This document shows, one piece after another, positions 9,510-19,269 of a stretch of 64,000 bases of DNA. Made by a program: the position numbers and the translations under genes. How positions within the stretch are numbered: the stretch's first letter is position 1; each line of letters begins with the position of its first letter. Source of the stretch: Candidatus Dojkabacteria bacterium (GTDB lineage Bacteria; Patescibacteriota; Dojkabacteria; SC72); NCBI GenBank assembly GCA_050943415.1, contig JBMNPD010000003.1, positions 3,962 through 67,961 on the forward strand, written 5' to 3'. Under the pieces are notes generated by a model. That model was not told where the DNA came from, made no database searches, and saw only the letters and a list, made by a program, of their open reading frames with translations.

Positions 9510-11033
9510 CTACTTAGCCACCTCGGTTGCTCTAGTTTCTCTAATAACAGTAACCTCTATATTACCTGGGTAGTTTAGTTTTTTCTCAATCTCCTGAGCA
9601 ACATCCTTAGCCATCACTACTGCTTCATCATCAGAAACAAGCTTTGGCTTAACTATTATTCTCACTTCTCTTCCTGCCTTTATTGCAAATACTTCATCAA
9701 TCCTATCTCCACCAATATCTTTTGCAGCACTCTCTATACCCTCAATTCTTTGAATATACTGTTCGTAGCTATCTTTTCTTGCACCAGGTCTAGAACCAGA
9801 TATTGCATCAGCAAGATAAACAACCACAGCTTCAGGACTTTGTGGCTCAACATCTAAATGATGTGCCTCTATTGCATTTACCAACTTCTCATCAAGCATA
9901 TATTTTCTAGCTATTTGACCAGAAATATGATGGTGAGGACTGTCTACTTTATGTGTTAATACTTTACCGACATCATGTAGAAGAGCTGCTCTCTTAACTA
10001 ATGTTGTATCCAAACCTAATTCCGTAGCCAGTACTTCAGCTATTCTAACAACCTCTATAGTGTGAGACATAAGTGATTGCCCATAACTAGTTCTATACTT
10101 CATCTTTCCAATCAATTTCATTAACCCAACATCCATATCTGGCCAATCTGCTTCATCTGCAAGTACTTGTCCATTTTTCTTAATCTCTTGAGCAATATCA
10201 TTCTTTGCTTTCCTAACTGCTTCCTCTATTGAACTTGGATGGATTCTTCCATCACCAATTAATTTATTCATAGCTACATACGCAATCTCTCTTCTTAACG
10301 GATCAAAAGAAGACAAAGCAATTGCATTTGGTGATTCATCTACAATTACATCTACACCTGTTAGCTGTTCAAAAGATCTAATATTTCTTCCCTCTTTTCC
10401 TATGATTCTACCTTTAACCTTGTCATCATCAACTTTGATAACTTTTGTTGTAGTCTCTCCAACATAGTCTGTCACAACTCGTTGCATTGATTCTACAAGT
10501 ATCTTCTGTGCTTTCTCCTCTGCAGTAGCTTCAATATTCTTCTCTGCCTGTCTTATCTTCTGAGCCTCATAGCCTTTCAAGTCCTCATCTATCTCACTCT
10601 TAAGCTTCTCAGTTGCTTCCTCTCTAGACAAACCAGAGATTCTTTCCAATTCTCCCTTTAATTGAGTTCTATCATTCTCTAGCTTTTCATTCATCTCTTT
10701 TAAACTCTTCTCTTTACTCTGCAATTCATTACTTTTATCATCAAGAATCTTAGACCTCTTGTTTAATGCTTTCTCTCTATCTATTAGAATAGATTCATGC
10801 TCAGCATTCTCTTTTCTAATCTCTTTTAGTCTTTTCTCTTCTCTTTCGCGAAGCTCAGATATTTCATCTTCTGCATCACTAAACTTCTTACTCATTATTT
10901 TTTTGGCAGCAGCCTCTATCTCTTCTCTAGGAATATTATTAATATTTACCCATTTAAATACATACCTTAGAAGAGCAATAGTGCCACCTATACTTATTAC
11001 CGCAGTAACAAGCGATGCTATTACTGTTTCCAT
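9510..11033 (-). CDS. rny: Ribonuclease Y
   Basis: N-terminal TM, coiled coil, KH domain (KGRIIGKEGRNIR), HD domain (LLHDVGK), DAISGSRPGAR. Confidence 0.97.
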   Translation of the reverse strand: METVIASLVTAVISIGGTIALLRYVFKWVNINNIPREEIEAAAKKIMSKKFSDAEDEISELREREEKRLKEIRKENAEHESILIDREKALNKRSKILDDKSNELQSKEKSLKEMNEKLENDRTQLKGELERISGLSREEATEKLKSEIDEDLKGYEAQKIRQAEKNIEATAEEKAQKILVESMQRVVTDYVGETTTKVIKVDDDKVKGRIIGKEGRNIRSFEQLTGVDVIVDESPNAIALSSFDPLRREIAYVAMNKLIGDGRIHPSSIEEAVRKAKNDIAQEIKKNGQVLADEADWPDMDVGLMKLIGKMKYRTSYGQSLMSHTIEVVRIAEVLATELGLDTTLVKRAALLHDVGKVLTHKVDSPHHHISGQIARKYMLDEKLVNAIEAHHLDVEPQSPEAVVVYLADAISGSRPGARKDSYEQYIQRIEGIESAAKDIGGDRIDEVFAIKAGREVRIIVKPKLVSDDEAVVMAKDVAQEIEKKLNYPGNIEVTVIRETRATEVAK

Positions 11034-11056
11034 TTTTTTAATTGTTTAAATTTAAT

Positions 11057-11207
11057 AGGTCCTCTATTAAACTATTTGGTGAAAAGATACGGTCGACAAA
11101 CCGTTTTGTAATATTAATAATTGTAATAGTTTCAACACAATATATTTAACAAAATTAATTTATACAGTATCTTTCAGTATTCTAAAAATGTTTAATTACA
11201 GGACTTT
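11057..11207 (-). ncRNA. Candidate 6S RNA (long irregular hairpin with central bubble)
   Basis: Minus-strand nested pairings GUCCU/AGGAC, AUUAAAC/GUUUAAU, UGAAAGAUAC/GUAUCUUUUCA, UUUUGU/ACAAAA, AUUGU/ACAAU; small hairpin ACGGU-UUGUCG-ACCGU on the 3' side of the bubble; extended -10 TGGTATTAT at 11211-11219; lies immediately upstream of rny. Confidence 0.6.
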
Positions 11208-11255
11208 CTAATAATACCATGTTTGGGGATAGATGAGAAGAAGAATGAAAATTCC

Positions 11256-12293
11256 TTATATATACTTTCTATTCAATTCCTCTATTATTCTTTGATAATA
11301 TCGTAGATTATGAATAGTTGCTAAAGTCATACCTGTGGCTTCATTAGCTTTTAACATATGATGAACATACGCTCTACTAAAGTTTCTGCATGTATAACAA
11401 TCACAATTTGAATCTATTGGTCTTTTATCTAACGAGTACTCTGAGTTCATAATCTTAAGAACTTCATTCTCCAAATTAGAAGAGTAGAGAGTACCATGTC
11501 TAGCATTTCTAGTAACCAAGACCGTATCAAATACTGTATATCCCAATTTAGAACACTCTCTGATATCCTCTGGCTTTCCAACTCCCATTGCATATTTAAA
11601 TTTATCAGCAGGAGTGTTTTGAACTACTGTTTCCATCTCTTTCTTTACCAAATTACCTTTATTATCCACCACAAAACCACCAAAGTTATATCCATCAAAA
11701 CCGATATTCACCAAAGCTTCTGCACACTCCTTTCTTAAATCAAGATAGTTTGCTCCTTGAACTACACAACTCAGCAACTTTCCTGTTTTCTCTGTTCCTC
11801 CATATTTATTTTCAAAATGATTCTTACATCTTTTAGCCCAAGATACAGTTCTCTCCACTGAGGTTTCTGCTTCTTTTCTAGTTAGACCTGTATCTCTACA
11901 ATCATCTAAAGTAACCAAAATATCTGACCCTATTGCCATTTGGATATCTATGGAACTCTCCGGTGTTAATTCATATACATCACCAGTTGTTGGAGATTTA
12001 AATGTAGCACCATTTTCATGTACTTTTCCTTTCCATTTTTTTGAATGAATAAGAGAGAATACTTGAAAACCCCCTGAGTCCGTTAGAACTATACCTTTCC
12101 AATTCATGAGATTTTTAATACCTCCTAATTTGAGTAGTTTTTCTGTTCCAAAAGTCATTAGTAGATGGAGAGTATTTGTTACTATGGCTTGAGTATTGGT
12201 GTTCTCTAGCTGTTCTGTCGTCAAGTATCTAACTGCTCCTCTAGTAGCATCTGGCATGAATATGTGTTTTTTACCAAAATCTTTTAATTGCAT
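11256..12293 (-). CDS. tgt: tRNA-guanine transglycosylase
   Basis: TDSGGFQVFSL, VVQG, MGVG, FDTVLVTRNARHG, CDCYTC...HN zinc site. Confidence 0.95.
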   Translation of the reverse strand: MQLKDFGKKHIFMPDATRGAVRYLTTEQLENTNTQAIVTNTLHLLMTFGTEKLLKLGGIKNLMNWKGIVLTDSGGFQVFSLIHSKKWKGKVHENGATFKSPTTGDVYELTPESSIDIQMAIGSDILVTLDDCRDTGLTRKEAETSVERTVSWAKRCKNHFENKYGGTEKTGKLLSCVVQGANYLDLRKECAEALVNIGFDGYNFGGFVVDNKGNLVKKEMETVVQNTPADKFKYAMGVGKPEDIRECSKLGYTVFDTVLVTRNARHGTLYSSNLENEVLKIMNSEYSLDKRPIDSNCDCYTCRNFSRAYVHHMLKANEATGMTLATIHNLRYYQRIIEELNRKYI

Positions 12294-12297
12294 ATAT

Positions 12298-13374
12298 TTA
12301 TATTATCACCATGCTATCACCGTAGCTTAGAAATTTGTAATCATTTTCTAAAGCGTGGTTATATGCTTTTTTAATTAAGTCTTTACCGCCAAAGGAGGAA
12401 ACTAGTAGCATTAAAGTAGAATCAGGCATGTGGAAGTTAGTTATTAGATGGTCTACACATTTCCATTTATAACTAGGATAGATGTAAAGTTCCGTATCTC
12501 CTGTATATTCTGAGATATACCCATCTCTATCTGCAATACTTTCCAAAGTTCTTGCAACTGTTGTACCAAAAGCCCAAATCTTTCCACCATTTTTCTTAGC
12601 CTCATTCACTATTTCTGCTGTTTCTTTAGAAACAGATATCATTTCTTTATGTATCTTGTGATCTTTTATGTTTTCTTCTCTAATTGGGGAGAATGTACCC
12701 CATCCTATCTGTAGTTCTATGAAAGCCTTTCTAACACCTTTTTTCTCGATCTCTGCAAGTATCTCATCTGTTAGGTTTAAACTAGCTGTAGGAGCCGCTA
12801 CAGAGCCTTTTAGATGAGCAAAAACAGTGTTGTACCTCTGATAGTCTTCCTTGGTATCTTCTCTCCTCATATATGGAGGTATTGGGGTATGCCCTATCTT
12901 CTCAAATATATCTTCTCCTTTAATCTTTTCTGTATCTGTATTCAGTATGGTTACTATAAACCCATCTCCTTTTCTCTCTAATACCTGTATTTTAATTTCT
13001 GGATTTTCTATTGAAGTTAGAATATCTTCTAGTTTGACATGTCTAGCACCTTTAACTAGACAGTACCATTTTTGATTCTCCACGTTTTCTACTTCATTCC
13101 TATTATTATCATTGTTCTCTTTGTTTAAAAAGAGTACCTCTATATTCCTACCTTTTTCATTTTGAAAGTATGTTCTTCTTTTTTCAACTTTTGTTTCGTT
13201 CAAAACAATAACATCACCTTTGTTAATATATTTTGGTATTTCTGAATATTTTGCATCTACTAGCTTGTTGTTGGTTCGATTTACTACCAACAGTTTTGTT
13301 GTCCCCCTACCTTTAGGAGGATACTTAGCTATACTGCTTTGTGGTAAGTCATATATGTATTCTGATATTTTCAT
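12298..13374 (-). CDS. queA: S-adenosylmethionine:tRNA ribosyltransferase-isomerase
   Basis: PIPPYM, YNTVFA..GSVAAPTASL, GTTVARTLES, LITNFH.P, FLSYGDSM. Confidence 0.96.
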   Translation of the reverse strand: MKISEYIYDLPQSSIAKYPPKGRGTTKLLVVNRTNNKLVDAKYSEIPKYINKGDVIVLNETKVEKRRTYFQNEKGRNIEVLFLNKENNDNNRNEVENVENQKWYCLVKGARHVKLEDILTSIENPEIKIQVLERKGDGFIVTILNTDTEKIKGEDIFEKIGHTPIPPYMRREDTKEDYQRYNTVFAHLKGSVAAPTASLNLTDEILAEIEKKGVRKAFIELQIGWGTFSPIREENIKDHKIHKEMISVSKETAEIVNEAKKNGGKIWAFGTTVARTLESIADRDGYISEYTGDTELYIYPSYKWKCVDHLITNFHMPDSTLMLLVSSFGGKDLIKKAYNHALENDYKFLSYGDSMVII

Positions 13375-13393
13375 TCTTGTATTCTATCACAAG

Positions 13394-13402
13394 TTATCCA
13401 CA
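13394..13402 (+). promoter_or_regulatory. Consensus DnaA box overlapping the queA promoter region
   Basis: TTATCCACA, single perfect copy; function unproven. Confidence 0.35.
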
Positions 13403-13461
13403 TTACTATATTAAAGAGATTTTTAGGAAGAATATTGTAGATACAAGGATACTTCTTAATA

Positions 13462-13484
13462 TTTAGCTTATAGCATCTTAACAA
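13462..13484 (+). repeat. Copy of the dispersed 23-bp intergenic motif
   Basis: TTTAGCTTATAGCATCTTAACAA vs TTTAACTTATAGAATCTTAAATA (1060-1082). Confidence 0.7.
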
Positions 13485-13564
13485 AACATTAAAATATGCT
13501 GGATTTTGCTCTCGGGGAGGGGTAAACACTATACCTTAAAGGTGTTTAAATGCTATCATAGGAT

Positions 13565-14539
13565 ATGCGAAATTTAATAGAAGAACCAGTAAAGGTATTA
13601 TTTCTTGGAACAGGTTGGGAGTCTGTAGAGACTTTGAAAGCTCTCCATTCTGACAGTAGATTTGATGTTATTGGAGCGATAACAACTGTAGATAAGTTAG
13701 TTGGACGTAAGCAGATTGCTACTCCATCTGATGTTAAGGTATTTTGTCTTGAGAATAATATTCCTGTATTTCATACTGAGAATAACAAGGACAGGTATAT
13801 TAAGGCTTTGGAGAAGTTTAAGCCTGAAATGGTTGTATGTAAGGCATTTGGTGAAATTGTACCGAAGGTGTTTTTAGATTATCCTAAGTACGGTTGTATC
13901 AATATTCATTTTTCTATTCTTCCTAAATATCGAGGTGCTGTTCCTATACAGAAAGCTATTTTAGACGGAGAGAAAGAGACAGGCATATCTATAATGTTGA
14001 TGTCTGAAGGGCTTGATGAGGGTGATGTTTTGCATATTGAGAAAGAGGATATTTTAGATACAGATACTAATCTATCTTTGAGAAAAAGATTAGTAAAGAA
14101 AAGTGCTTTGATCTTAGGAAATATTTTAGAAAAATGGGTTAATGGAGAGATAGGTGCTGTTGAACAGGATCACAAGAGTGCTACATACTGTTGGCAGAAA
14201 GATATTTCAAAGGAGAAAGCAGAGATTAAATTGGAGGAACAATCTCCAATTTATATTGAGAGGATGGTGAGAGCTTTTATTCCTTGGCCTATTGCTTGGT
14301 GTAGGATTAATGCAAGTGGAAATAAAGGTTTGGATGGAAAGGTTATGAAGATTTTTGAGGCTGAATTGGTAGAGGTATCTAGTAGTAGAGATGTCGGGAC
14401 TCTTTTTTCAAAGGATGGAATGTTACTGTTTGTAACTATTGATCCTCATATTTGTTTAAGAGTAAAAGAATTACAAATCGAAGGGAAGACCAAGGTTAAG
14501 GAGAAGGATTTCTTAAATGGTTTGGGGAAGAGTCTTTAA
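13565..14539 (+). CDS. fmt: Methionyl-tRNA formyltransferase
   Basis: INIHFSILPKYRGAVPIQ, ETGISIM..LDEGD, VRAFIPWP. Confidence 0.95.
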   Translation: MRNLIEEPVKVLFLGTGWESVETLKALHSDSRFDVIGAITTVDKLVGRKQIATPSDVKVFCLENNIPVFHTENNKDRYIKALEKFKPEMVVCKAFGEIVPKVFLDYPKYGCINIHFSILPKYRGAVPIQKAILDGEKETGISIMLMSEGLDEGDVLHIEKEDILDTDTNLSLRKRLVKKSALILGNILEKWVNGEIGAVEQDHKSATYCWQKDISKEKAEIKLEEQSPIYIERMVRAFIPWPIAWCRINASGNKGLDGKVMKIFEAELVEVSSSRDVGTLFSKDGMLLFVTIDPHICLRVKELQIEGKTKVKEKDFLNGLGKSL

Positions 14540-14552
14540 TTCTCCTCAAAAT

Positions 14553-14853
14553 GTGCAAGCACACAGTAAGCCGAATTCTGTATAACGATGGTTATCTATC
14601 TAAGCGGTTTTAACCTTGCTTCGAGTGGGGGTTGCCACGCAATGTTGTATTACTACAACATCCGGTAGTCTCTTACACTACCATTTCACCCTTACCTACA
14701 AGTAGGCGGTATATCTTTCTGTTGCCCTTTTCTCCAAAAGATCACTCCCCTCCAACTCTCGTTGGCACTCCTCTTGATATGTTCAAGATCGACATGAAGT
14801 CCGGACTTTCCTCATCTACTAAGAGCAGATGCAACCATCTAATGTACTTGCAC
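14553..14853 (-). ncRNA. rnpB: RNase P RNA (compact, 301 nt)
   Basis: Minus strand has GAGGAAAGTCCGG (CR-I), CAACAGAAA, GGGTGAAA and ACAGAATTCGGCTTA (CR-V); terminal P1 stem GTGCAAGTAC/GTGCTTGCAC; TATAAT just upstream. Confidence 0.95.
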
Positions 14854-14865
14854 AGCTATATTATA

Positions 14866-15768
14866 CTATTTTCCGCTACTTTTTTTAACAATACGGAAAA
14901 TTCCATATATTACCCAGATTGGAGCTGTGAAGACAAGGATATATATTGCTAGTGTAACAAAGACTTTCAAGAAAGAAATATATGCTCTACTTGCATCTTT
15001 TAGAACACCTAATGGTTTCCAAGGAGTATCTTCTAGTGTAGCTCCAGTACTACTCTGCTTTAATGTTATTCTAATCGTTGAGTAATCTGTCTTATTGCTA
15101 TAATAGTCTAGTTGGCTTTGAATACTTTCTATATTTGCTCTAATCTCATTTAATTCTTTGTATACACTAATTGTGTCTGTAACTGTATCTGCTTTTTTAA
15201 GTATTTCCAAAAGTTGCGCTTCTGTATTTTGTGAAGTTTTTAGTCTTGCTTCTAAATCCATAACTTCTTTGGTTACATCTCTCATATCAATAGAGGAGGA
15301 GATGTTTTCACCTTCCATTTCTTTCAATGTCGAGAACACTTTGTCAAAATTCTCTACTGGAATTTTAATTTCCATATTTAGAACTCTTCTGTTTCCTTCT
15401 CCTACATCTACAAGATACATTACCTCTCCATCGTTTTTCTCAGATATTTCCCGTATTTCTTCTTCACTTTTGTTAAAATCATCCACTAATTTGCTAATAT
15501 TTCCTGTTTTTATAATTTTTGTTCTATCTACAGATGAAGTATCTAAACTTTTAGATGTTTCTATACTGTTAGATTCATACGGTGCCACAGCCATTTCATC
15601 ACGGTAGTACATAGGTGTTGATTGTTTTCCAATAGTTGTTTTTGTATATTTATTATCTTTATTTATGCTAAATAACAGTAAGGCTATTATTGGCGTTAGT
15701 AATAGCAGTACACCTATACTAACAATTATTATGAGGATTTTCTTTCTCCTTTCCATATGGATATTCAA
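14866..15768 (-). CDS. DUF4349-like membrane-anchored coiled-coil protein (true start may be ATG at 15756)
   Basis: IIKTGNI, IKIPVENF, DVTKEVMDLEARL, YSTIRITL, C-terminal TM. Confidence 0.8.
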   Translation of the reverse strand: MNIHMERRKKILIIIVSIGVLLLLTPIIALLLFSINKDNKYTKTTIGKQSTPMYYRDEMAVAPYESNSIETSKSLDTSSVDRTKIIKTGNISKLVDDFNKSEEEIREISEKNDGEVMYLVDVGEGNRRVLNMEIKIPVENFDKVFSTLKEMEGENISSSIDMRDVTKEVMDLEARLKTSQNTEAQLLEILKKADTVTDTISVYKELNEIRANIESIQSQLDYYSNKTDYSTIRITLKQSSTGATLEDTPWKPLGVLKDASRAYISFLKVFVTLAIYILVFTAPIWVIYGIFRIVKKSSGK

Positions 15769-15876
15769 GTGAATTTATTATAAATAATATCCATTACCAT
15801 AGGAGAATACAAGACTAAAAATATTTTCAACAATATGAAAAGTGAAAAATATTGTTTTGGTTTTAGTAGAATAAAA

Positions 15877-16263
15877 CTATCTCTTTGAGAACTGAGGTTT
15901 CTTTCTGGACTTTACATGGGCATATTTCTTCCTCTCAACTTCTCTAGGATCTCTTGTAACAAACTTGTTCTTTCTTAATGTTGGTTTCAAACTTTCATCC
16001 ATTAAGTACAATGCTCTTGCAAGACCTAATTTGATAGCATCTATTTGTCCTTTTACTCCACCTCCACTTACTTTTGCTGTAAAGTAATACTTGTTTTCAA
16101 GTCCAACAACAATTAGAGGTCTGTTAAGCTGTAAATCTACACCTTTTCCAAAGTAATCTTCTATACTTTTACCGTTAACAGTAGAAGTCTTATCTCCATT
16201 ATAGATTCTGACTCTTGCTGTTGATCTTTTTCTTCTTCCTATTCCTTCAAAATATTTCTGCAC
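15877..16263 (-). CDS. rpsI: 30S ribosomal protein S9
   Basis: GIGRRKRSTARV; TRDPREVERKK; PQFSKR. Confidence 0.97.
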   Translation of the reverse strand: MQKYFEGIGRRKRSTARVRIYNGDKTSTVNGKSIEDYFGKGVDLQLNRPLIVVGLENKYYFTAKVSGGGVKGQIDAIKLGLARALYLMDESLKPTLRKNKFVTRDPREVERKKYAHVKSRKKPQFSKR

Positions 16264-16274
16264 TGTTTAAAATA

Positions 16275-16709
16275 TTACAATTTAATCTCAATTGGTTTCT
16301 GAGCTGTATGTTTATGCTCAGAATTCTTATATACAAACAATCTCGCTAATCTTTTATCTCTTAGCTTGTTGTTTGGCAACATATTCTTAACTGCATCTAC
16401 TATTACTTTTCTAGAATCCTTCTTTATTTGTTCATCAAATCTAGTAAACTTTGCTGCACCGGGATATCCTGAGTGTCTGAAGTATGTCTTTTTCAACTCT
16501 TTACCTCTGGTAAGTTTAACATCATCACTGTTTATGACTACTACATAATCTCCACAATCTACTCCTGGTACTATCTCAGGCTTTTCCTTACCTATGAGAA
16601 GAGATGCTATTTTAGTAGCACTTCTGCCTAGTATCTGATCTTTAACATCAATCACATACCATTTTCTTTCTACTTCTTCTTTTTTTGTCCAAACTGTTTT
16701 GTATTTCAT
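16275..16709 (-). CDS. rplM: 50S ribosomal protein L13
   Basis: WYVID...LGR, DCGDYVVVIN, RHSGYPG. Confidence 0.97.
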   Translation of the reverse strand: MKYKTVWTKKEEVERKWYVIDVKDQILGRSATKIASLLIGKEKPEIVPGVDCGDYVVVINSDDVKLTRGKELKKTYFRHSGYPGAAKFTRFDEQIKKDSRKVIVDAVKNMLPNNKLRDKRLARLFVYKNSEHKHTAQKPIEIKL

Positions 16710-16725
16710 TAATTCTATTATTTAA

Positions 16726-17229
16726 TTAAAGTCCTGATCTAGTATTAGATCTACCTGTTTTCTTAATTACTGCTGTTTTATCTACTCTCTTATCTTTTTC
16801 AAAGCTACTTACATGTTTAGTTTCATTTACTTTCTCTTTTTTCTCATCTTCTTTCTCCTTTTTAGTTACTTTCTTTTTCTTCTCGGTTCCTTTTAGAACA
16901 ACTCTGGATTGTTCAGCATTATCACCTGACCTAAATCCTACTTTTACTACTTTTACTCCAACATCATCTTTAGTAATATACTCTTTAAACTTCTTTATTA
17001 ATTCCTTGTTTCCAAAGACCTCTTCCAGTTTTCTTCTAAATTCCAAAGAATCTTTCTTTGATACTCCTTTATCAATTAAAGAAGAAGCATCTTGTTTCAA
17101 AACCTTTGCTTTTTGAGTTGTAGTTACCAAGCTATTATTCTTAAACAAAGACCTAAGTAGATTCCTTCTTAAAGAATCTCTATGTGACTTCTTTCTACCT
17201 AATTTTGTCCTTTTTACTCTCTTGTACAT
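16726..17229 (-). CDS. rplQ: 50S ribosomal protein L17 with Lys/Glu-rich C-terminal extension
   Basis: KLGRKKSHR, TTTQKAK, GFRSGDNA; position after rpoA. Confidence 0.92.
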   Translation of the reverse strand: MYKRVKRTKLGRKKSHRDSLRRNLLRSLFKNNSLVTTTQKAKVLKQDASSLIDKGVSKKDSLEFRRKLEEVFGNKELIKKFKEYITKDDVGVKVVKVGFRSGDNAEQSRVVLKGTEKKKKVTKKEKEDEKKEKVNETKHVSSFEKDKRVDKTAVIKKTGRSNTRSGL

Positions 17230-17230
17230 C

Positions 17231-18199
17231 CTATTTTCCTTTAATATTAATACCGTAATCTGTTAATAGTTCTAAAATTTCATTAAGTGATTTATTTCCA
17301 AATCCTGGTAAATTCAACAACTCTGTTGCTGTAGTATTTCTTAAATCAGCAACTGTTTTAAATCCTCCTGAAAGTAAACCTGTTTTTGATCTCTTTGAAA
17401 TTGGTAATTCCTCTATCTTCCAATTGCCAATTTCATCATTCTCTGATTCAGCTTCTTCTGTAGCTTCTACTTCAACAGTATTAGCTTCTTCCTCAAGAGC
17501 AATTACTTCTTTCTGTGCCATTCCTAATGCAATCATGACTTTACCTGAGAACTCCTGTAATATTTTTGCTGATTCTAAAACCGCATCTTTTGGAAGAATA
17601 CTTCCATCTGTTGTAACTCCTAGTAATACTGCATCCAAGTCTGTTTCCTGTCCTTTTCTAGCTTGTTCTACACTTAGACTTACTCTTTCTATTGGTGAGA
17701 AATCACAATCTAGAGGAATTACTCCTATCTCCTTTCTTTCAGATGCATCTACTGTCTTGTAACCAACACCTGATTCAACTGTAATCTCCATATCTAAAGA
17801 AGCTGAAGCTTCTGTCAATGTTGCAATATGTAAATCCTTATTAACAACTTCTAGGTCTCCTTTTACTTCAATATCACCTGCTTTTACATCTTTCTTACCT
17901 TTTACAGATATTTTACAAACTCGAGGCTCGTCAGAAGCAGTTGCAAACTTAACTTGCTTCAAATTCATAATGATATCAACCATATTCTCTTTAACACCAT
18001 CAACTGTAGTATATTCATGATCTATTCCTTTAATTGTTACTGATGTGATTCCTGTGCCTCTTAAACTAGAGTAAAGTATTCTTCTTAAAGAATTTCCTAA
18101 TGTATGACCGTATCCTCTTGGTAAAGGAGAGATTTCAAAGAGAGCATAATTCTCTTTCTCTTCTTTTATGGTAACTTTTATATCCTTAAATGCTTCCAT
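17231..18199 (-). CDS. rpoA: RNA polymerase alpha subunit
   Basis: PLPRGYGHTLGNSLRRILYSSL, HEYTTVDGVKE, DFSPI, alpha-CTD GFGNKSLNEI. Confidence 0.97.
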   Translation of the reverse strand: MEAFKDIKVTIKEEKENYALFEISPLPRGYGHTLGNSLRRILYSSLRGTGITSVTIKGIDHEYTTVDGVKENMVDIIMNLKQVKFATASDEPRVCKISVKGKKDVKAGDIEVKGDLEVVNKDLHIATLTEASASLDMEITVESGVGYKTVDASERKEIGVIPLDCDFSPIERVSLSVEQARKGQETDLDAVLLGVTTDGSILPKDAVLESAKILQEFSGKVMIALGMAQKEVIALEEEANTVEVEATEEAESENDEIGNWKIEELPISKRSKTGLLSGGFKTVADLRNTTATELLNLPGFGNKSLNEILELLTDYGINIKGK

Positions 18200-18217
18200 T
18201 AGTATTTGTAAAAAAAA

Positions 18218-18829
18218 TTATCTAGAGTAAAACTCAATAATTAAGTTCTCTTTAATACCCTCATCTATTTCATCTCTAATTGGTAACCTAGCTACTTTAC
18301 ATGACTCTCCTTTTCTCTCTATCCATGTAGGAGATTCGAAAAACCTCTCAGAAGGTGCTAATTTTGCTTTTGTTAATTCAACAGAATCTTGTTCACTAAG
18401 TTCATATGAAGGAATATTTAGCCTCTTTCCGTTAACTTTAACATGACCATGTGTTATATATTGTCTTGCAGCTGCTCTTGATGGAGCAAGTCCAGCTAGA
18501 TACAAAACATTATCCAATCTCAATTCTAAAAGTCTTAAAAGCTCCAATCCTTTATCTGTATTAGCTACTTTTGACCTTCTATCAGCCTCTTTGTATACAG
18601 AATGCATTTTCTTCTCTCTTAAGCCGTAAGTTCTTTTAACTTTTTGCTTCTCTCTAAGCTGAATTCCATAGTTTGACAATCTTGCTCTCTTTTTGTTTCC
18701 ATGCTGTCCTGGTGGAAATGGCTTTCTTTGTAACCCACTCTTATCTGAAAAAGACCTTGCACCTTTCAAATGCAAATTAACTCCCTCTCTTCTACTTAAT
18801 TTTTCTTTTGGTCCTGTATATCTTCCCAT
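18218..18829 (-). CDS. rpsD: 30S ribosomal protein S4
   Basis: MGRYTGP, PPGQHG, QLREKQK, LELRLDN. Confidence 0.97.
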   Translation of the reverse strand: MGRYTGPKEKLSRREGVNLHLKGARSFSDKSGLQRKPFPPGQHGNKKRARLSNYGIQLREKQKVKRTYGLREKKMHSVYKEADRRSKVANTDKGLELLRLLELRLDNVLYLAGLAPSRAAARQYITHGHVKVNGKRLNIPSYELSEQDSVELTKAKLAPSERFFESPTWIERKGESCKVARLPIRDEIDEGIKENLIIEFYSR

Positions 18830-18856
18830 TCTGTTTAAATTCTAAATATATATTAA

Positions 18857-19255
18857 CTACTTTCTAGGAATCTTTCTTGGTCTACAACCATTATGTGGAA
18901 TCGGTGTTCGATCTACCAACATTGTTACTCTCAAACCTGCTGAATCTAACCCTTTAACTGCAGCATTTCTACCTGCACCAGGTCCTTTCAAAAACACCTT
19001 AACTTCTCTTAAGCCGTATTTCTTGATTACTTTCTCTGCAACATCAACAGCTGCTTTTGTCGCAGCATACGCTGTACTTCTTTTTGCTCCCTTGAAACCT
19101 ATTCTCGATGGACTTCCCTGTCCTAAGACTTCACCATTTTCATCTGTCAAGCTAATTATTGTATTGTTGAAAGTAGATTGAATTGTAGCAATACCACTTT
19201 GCACATTTTTCTTAGCACTCTTGCTTTTCTTCGTTGTTTTAGATGTTTCTGCCAT
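18857..19255 (-). CDS. rpsK: 30S ribosomal protein S11
   Basis: STFNNTI, GPGAGR, TPIPHNGCRP. Confidence 0.97.
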   Translation of the reverse strand: MAETSKTTKKSKSAKKNVQSGIATIQSTFNNTIISLTDENGEVLGQGSPSRIGFKGAKRSTAYAATKAAVDVAEKVIKKYGLREVKVFLKGPGAGRNAAVKGLDSAGLRVTMLVDRTPIPHNGCRPRKIPRK

Positions 19256-19269
19256 ATTTTTATATAGTT

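Noticed and set aside
13394-13402. DnaA box as a sign of oriC
   Set aside because: Only one perfect box (plus a 1-mismatch box at 58371-58379), no cluster and no dnaA/dnaN nearby.
14632-14952. 106-aa plus-strand ORF in the track
   Set aside because: Antisense to the RNase P RNA; no protein features.
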